Part shown: one piece after another, positions 62,290 through 64,000 of the stretch
Position numbering within the stretch: the first letter of the stretch is position 1
Layout: every line of letters starts with the position of its first letter
NCBI GenBank assembly: GCA_030390025.1
Contig: CM059431.1
Span: 107,014,001 to 107,078,000 of the forward strand
Direction of reading: 5' to 3'
DNA: 64,000 nucleotides
From: Squalus acanthias
Taxonomy: Eukaryota
Notes under the pieces: model-generated
The model's input: only the letters and a program-made list of their open reading frames with translations
Told to the model about the DNA's origin: nothing
The model's database searches: none
Translations under genes and position numbers: made by a program

Positions 62290-62667
62290 TACACTTCATG
62301 CCACGTGTGTGTGGCTTTACAGTTAGTGGAGACGTATGCTGCGTCGCCTTCTGTTCATTCAGTAGCCAGTTTAGCACCGTTGGATTGTCTGCAGACTTTC
62401 TGAAGCAAAGGGGTGTGGCTTTCACTCTCTTCCCACGACATGTTAATATATACAATTGGAGACCCCGGTATCGCAAGCAAGGAGCAGTTGCATGCTTGTT
62501 CCATGTGATGCCATAATCTTCACTTGCATTTAGTCATTAAAATGAAATACGATTCAACTGAATATAACAAAGATGTAGAGTACTTCTTTAAGATTTATAT
62601 TTCCAGAGGGAAATAATAAGAGTCCCATTTTTTTGTTTTGTCACTGCCGCTCCTGCTGCACAAGGTA

Positions 62668-62768
62668 AAAGAAAGAAAGAGCTTACATTTATATAGTGCC
62701 TTTCATGACCTCGGGATGTCCCAAAGCGCTTTACAGCCAGTGATGCACTTTTGAAGTGTAGTCACTAT
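62668..62768 (-). mobile_element. Deu-type SINE tail fragment
   Basis: CATTTATATAGTGCCTTTCATGACCTC...GAAGTGTAGTCACT. Confidence 0.8.
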
Positions 62769-64000
62769 TCTGAAAGGACAGGAAATCTTGCATTATGAAG
62801 ATGCATTTTCAGATTTCGTGTGGCTGAGGCAGGAATATGTAGCACTGGCAGATTTTACAAGGAACTAATAAACTAAAAGATGAAATGGCCATGGGCACAG
62901 TTGAATGCCTGGATTTGAAGGTAAGGAAGTAAAAGAGAACTCATTGGAATGCATTTAATCGCACAAGCCTCTGTTTAACTGAAGATGTGATATTATATAG
63001 TCATAACATTTTGATCAATAATTCGAGAGCATTTCAAATCTCTCTGTTTATGACAGCAAACTCTCATATTAACATTCATATATTAGAGCACTAAACCCTT
63101 GCTCTTCACATTAGACAGAGGCTTTCCAATAAAGACACATGTCTGAAACAAAATTGTAGAATTTAATAACACTGCACTTTAAAGGATATTTACGCATGAG
63201 TCACTGAAATATATCTGAGTAACATAATGTAGAAGAAAATTAAATTACATGCTGTACCACCGATGAATTCTATTCAATAAAATAATAAAAATTTCCTAGC
63301 AATACGCCCGATAGTTTTTATTTCAATGCAAGGAAGTGATTAAATGGTGGCCAGTAGAGATACCTAATATGATTCTACAAGCAAATATTTGTTAAGGGAC
63401 GCATAAACAAAGGCACTTGGCATTGCAATAATGAGGACCGAAGCATATTAGCAATGACAGCACGTTTGAGCTGTGCAAGCAAAGTGATGCAAGGGAAAAC
63501 CATGAGTATTAAAACAATGTCATTATTAGCACATTTGATGGCAAGCTAATGGTTCCATTTCCATGCTGACCGATTGCATGCACAAGCAGAGAACAAATAA
63601 CACTCTTGCTGGCACTAACTCGTATTTACTTTTGAACACACTGTACCCTGGACACTTAACTTGCATAGGTTTTGTGTTGTAATGTTTTCATTTTATTTTC
63701 GCTTCAGCCAATAATACGCCTCGCAGGAATGTTGCTTTCTGCAAATATAATCAACACGATGGTGTAGTTAACTGTATTTTAGAAGAATGATCAATTGATT
63801 ATCACTATTTATCAGTCAGAAGTTCATTCAAAAATCTTAGACATTGTTCAAAAGTTAGTGTTGTACTGGCATTCTCCAAAACCATTGCTGACGATTTGGT
63901 GAAAATTTTAACATATATTTTAAATAACCTCGGTTTTGCAAACTGAAACCGCCCGACATGGTGAAGCGATTGAATGGAAGATCGTTACTAAAACGAACAT

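Noticed and set aside
1..64000. CRISPR arrays, operons or other prokaryotic systems
   Set aside because: No regularly spaced repeat-spacer arrays or gene-dense structure. The content is typical vertebrate repeat DNA.

Overview
This is eukaryotic DNA dominated by repeats. The mix of CR1 LINEs with an SGNH-esterase ORF1, Deu-type SINEs, L2 tails, Harbinger MITEs and Penelope-like elements points to a vertebrate, most likely a cartilaginous fish (inferred from repeat content only). No host protein-coding exon could be supported, so the window looks like a long intron or intergenic tract. It contains several CR1 copies, one with an ORF2 that is intact once a solo LTR is removed. It also holds a second APE-RT LINE family with a partner SINE, a Vingi-like 3' end, four to five solo LTRs, a Harbinger transposase pseudogene, two Myb-bearing Harbinger derivatives and many 3-bp-TSD MITEs. 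The most notable system is two Penelope-like (Neptune-type GIY-YIG) insertions in inverted configuration, one a near-perfect 1.27-kb palindrome. Each arm carries a minimal type I hammerhead-ribozyme motif whose stem I co-varies between the two elements. The segment between the ORF stop and the ribozyme is unrelated in the two elements, and in one it contains a second, degenerate hammerhead. Other oddities include a TSD-less solo LTR joining two oppositely oriented CR1s and a 37-bp insertion apparently templated from a nearby LTR. Coordinates were read by eye and degenerate boundaries are approximate.
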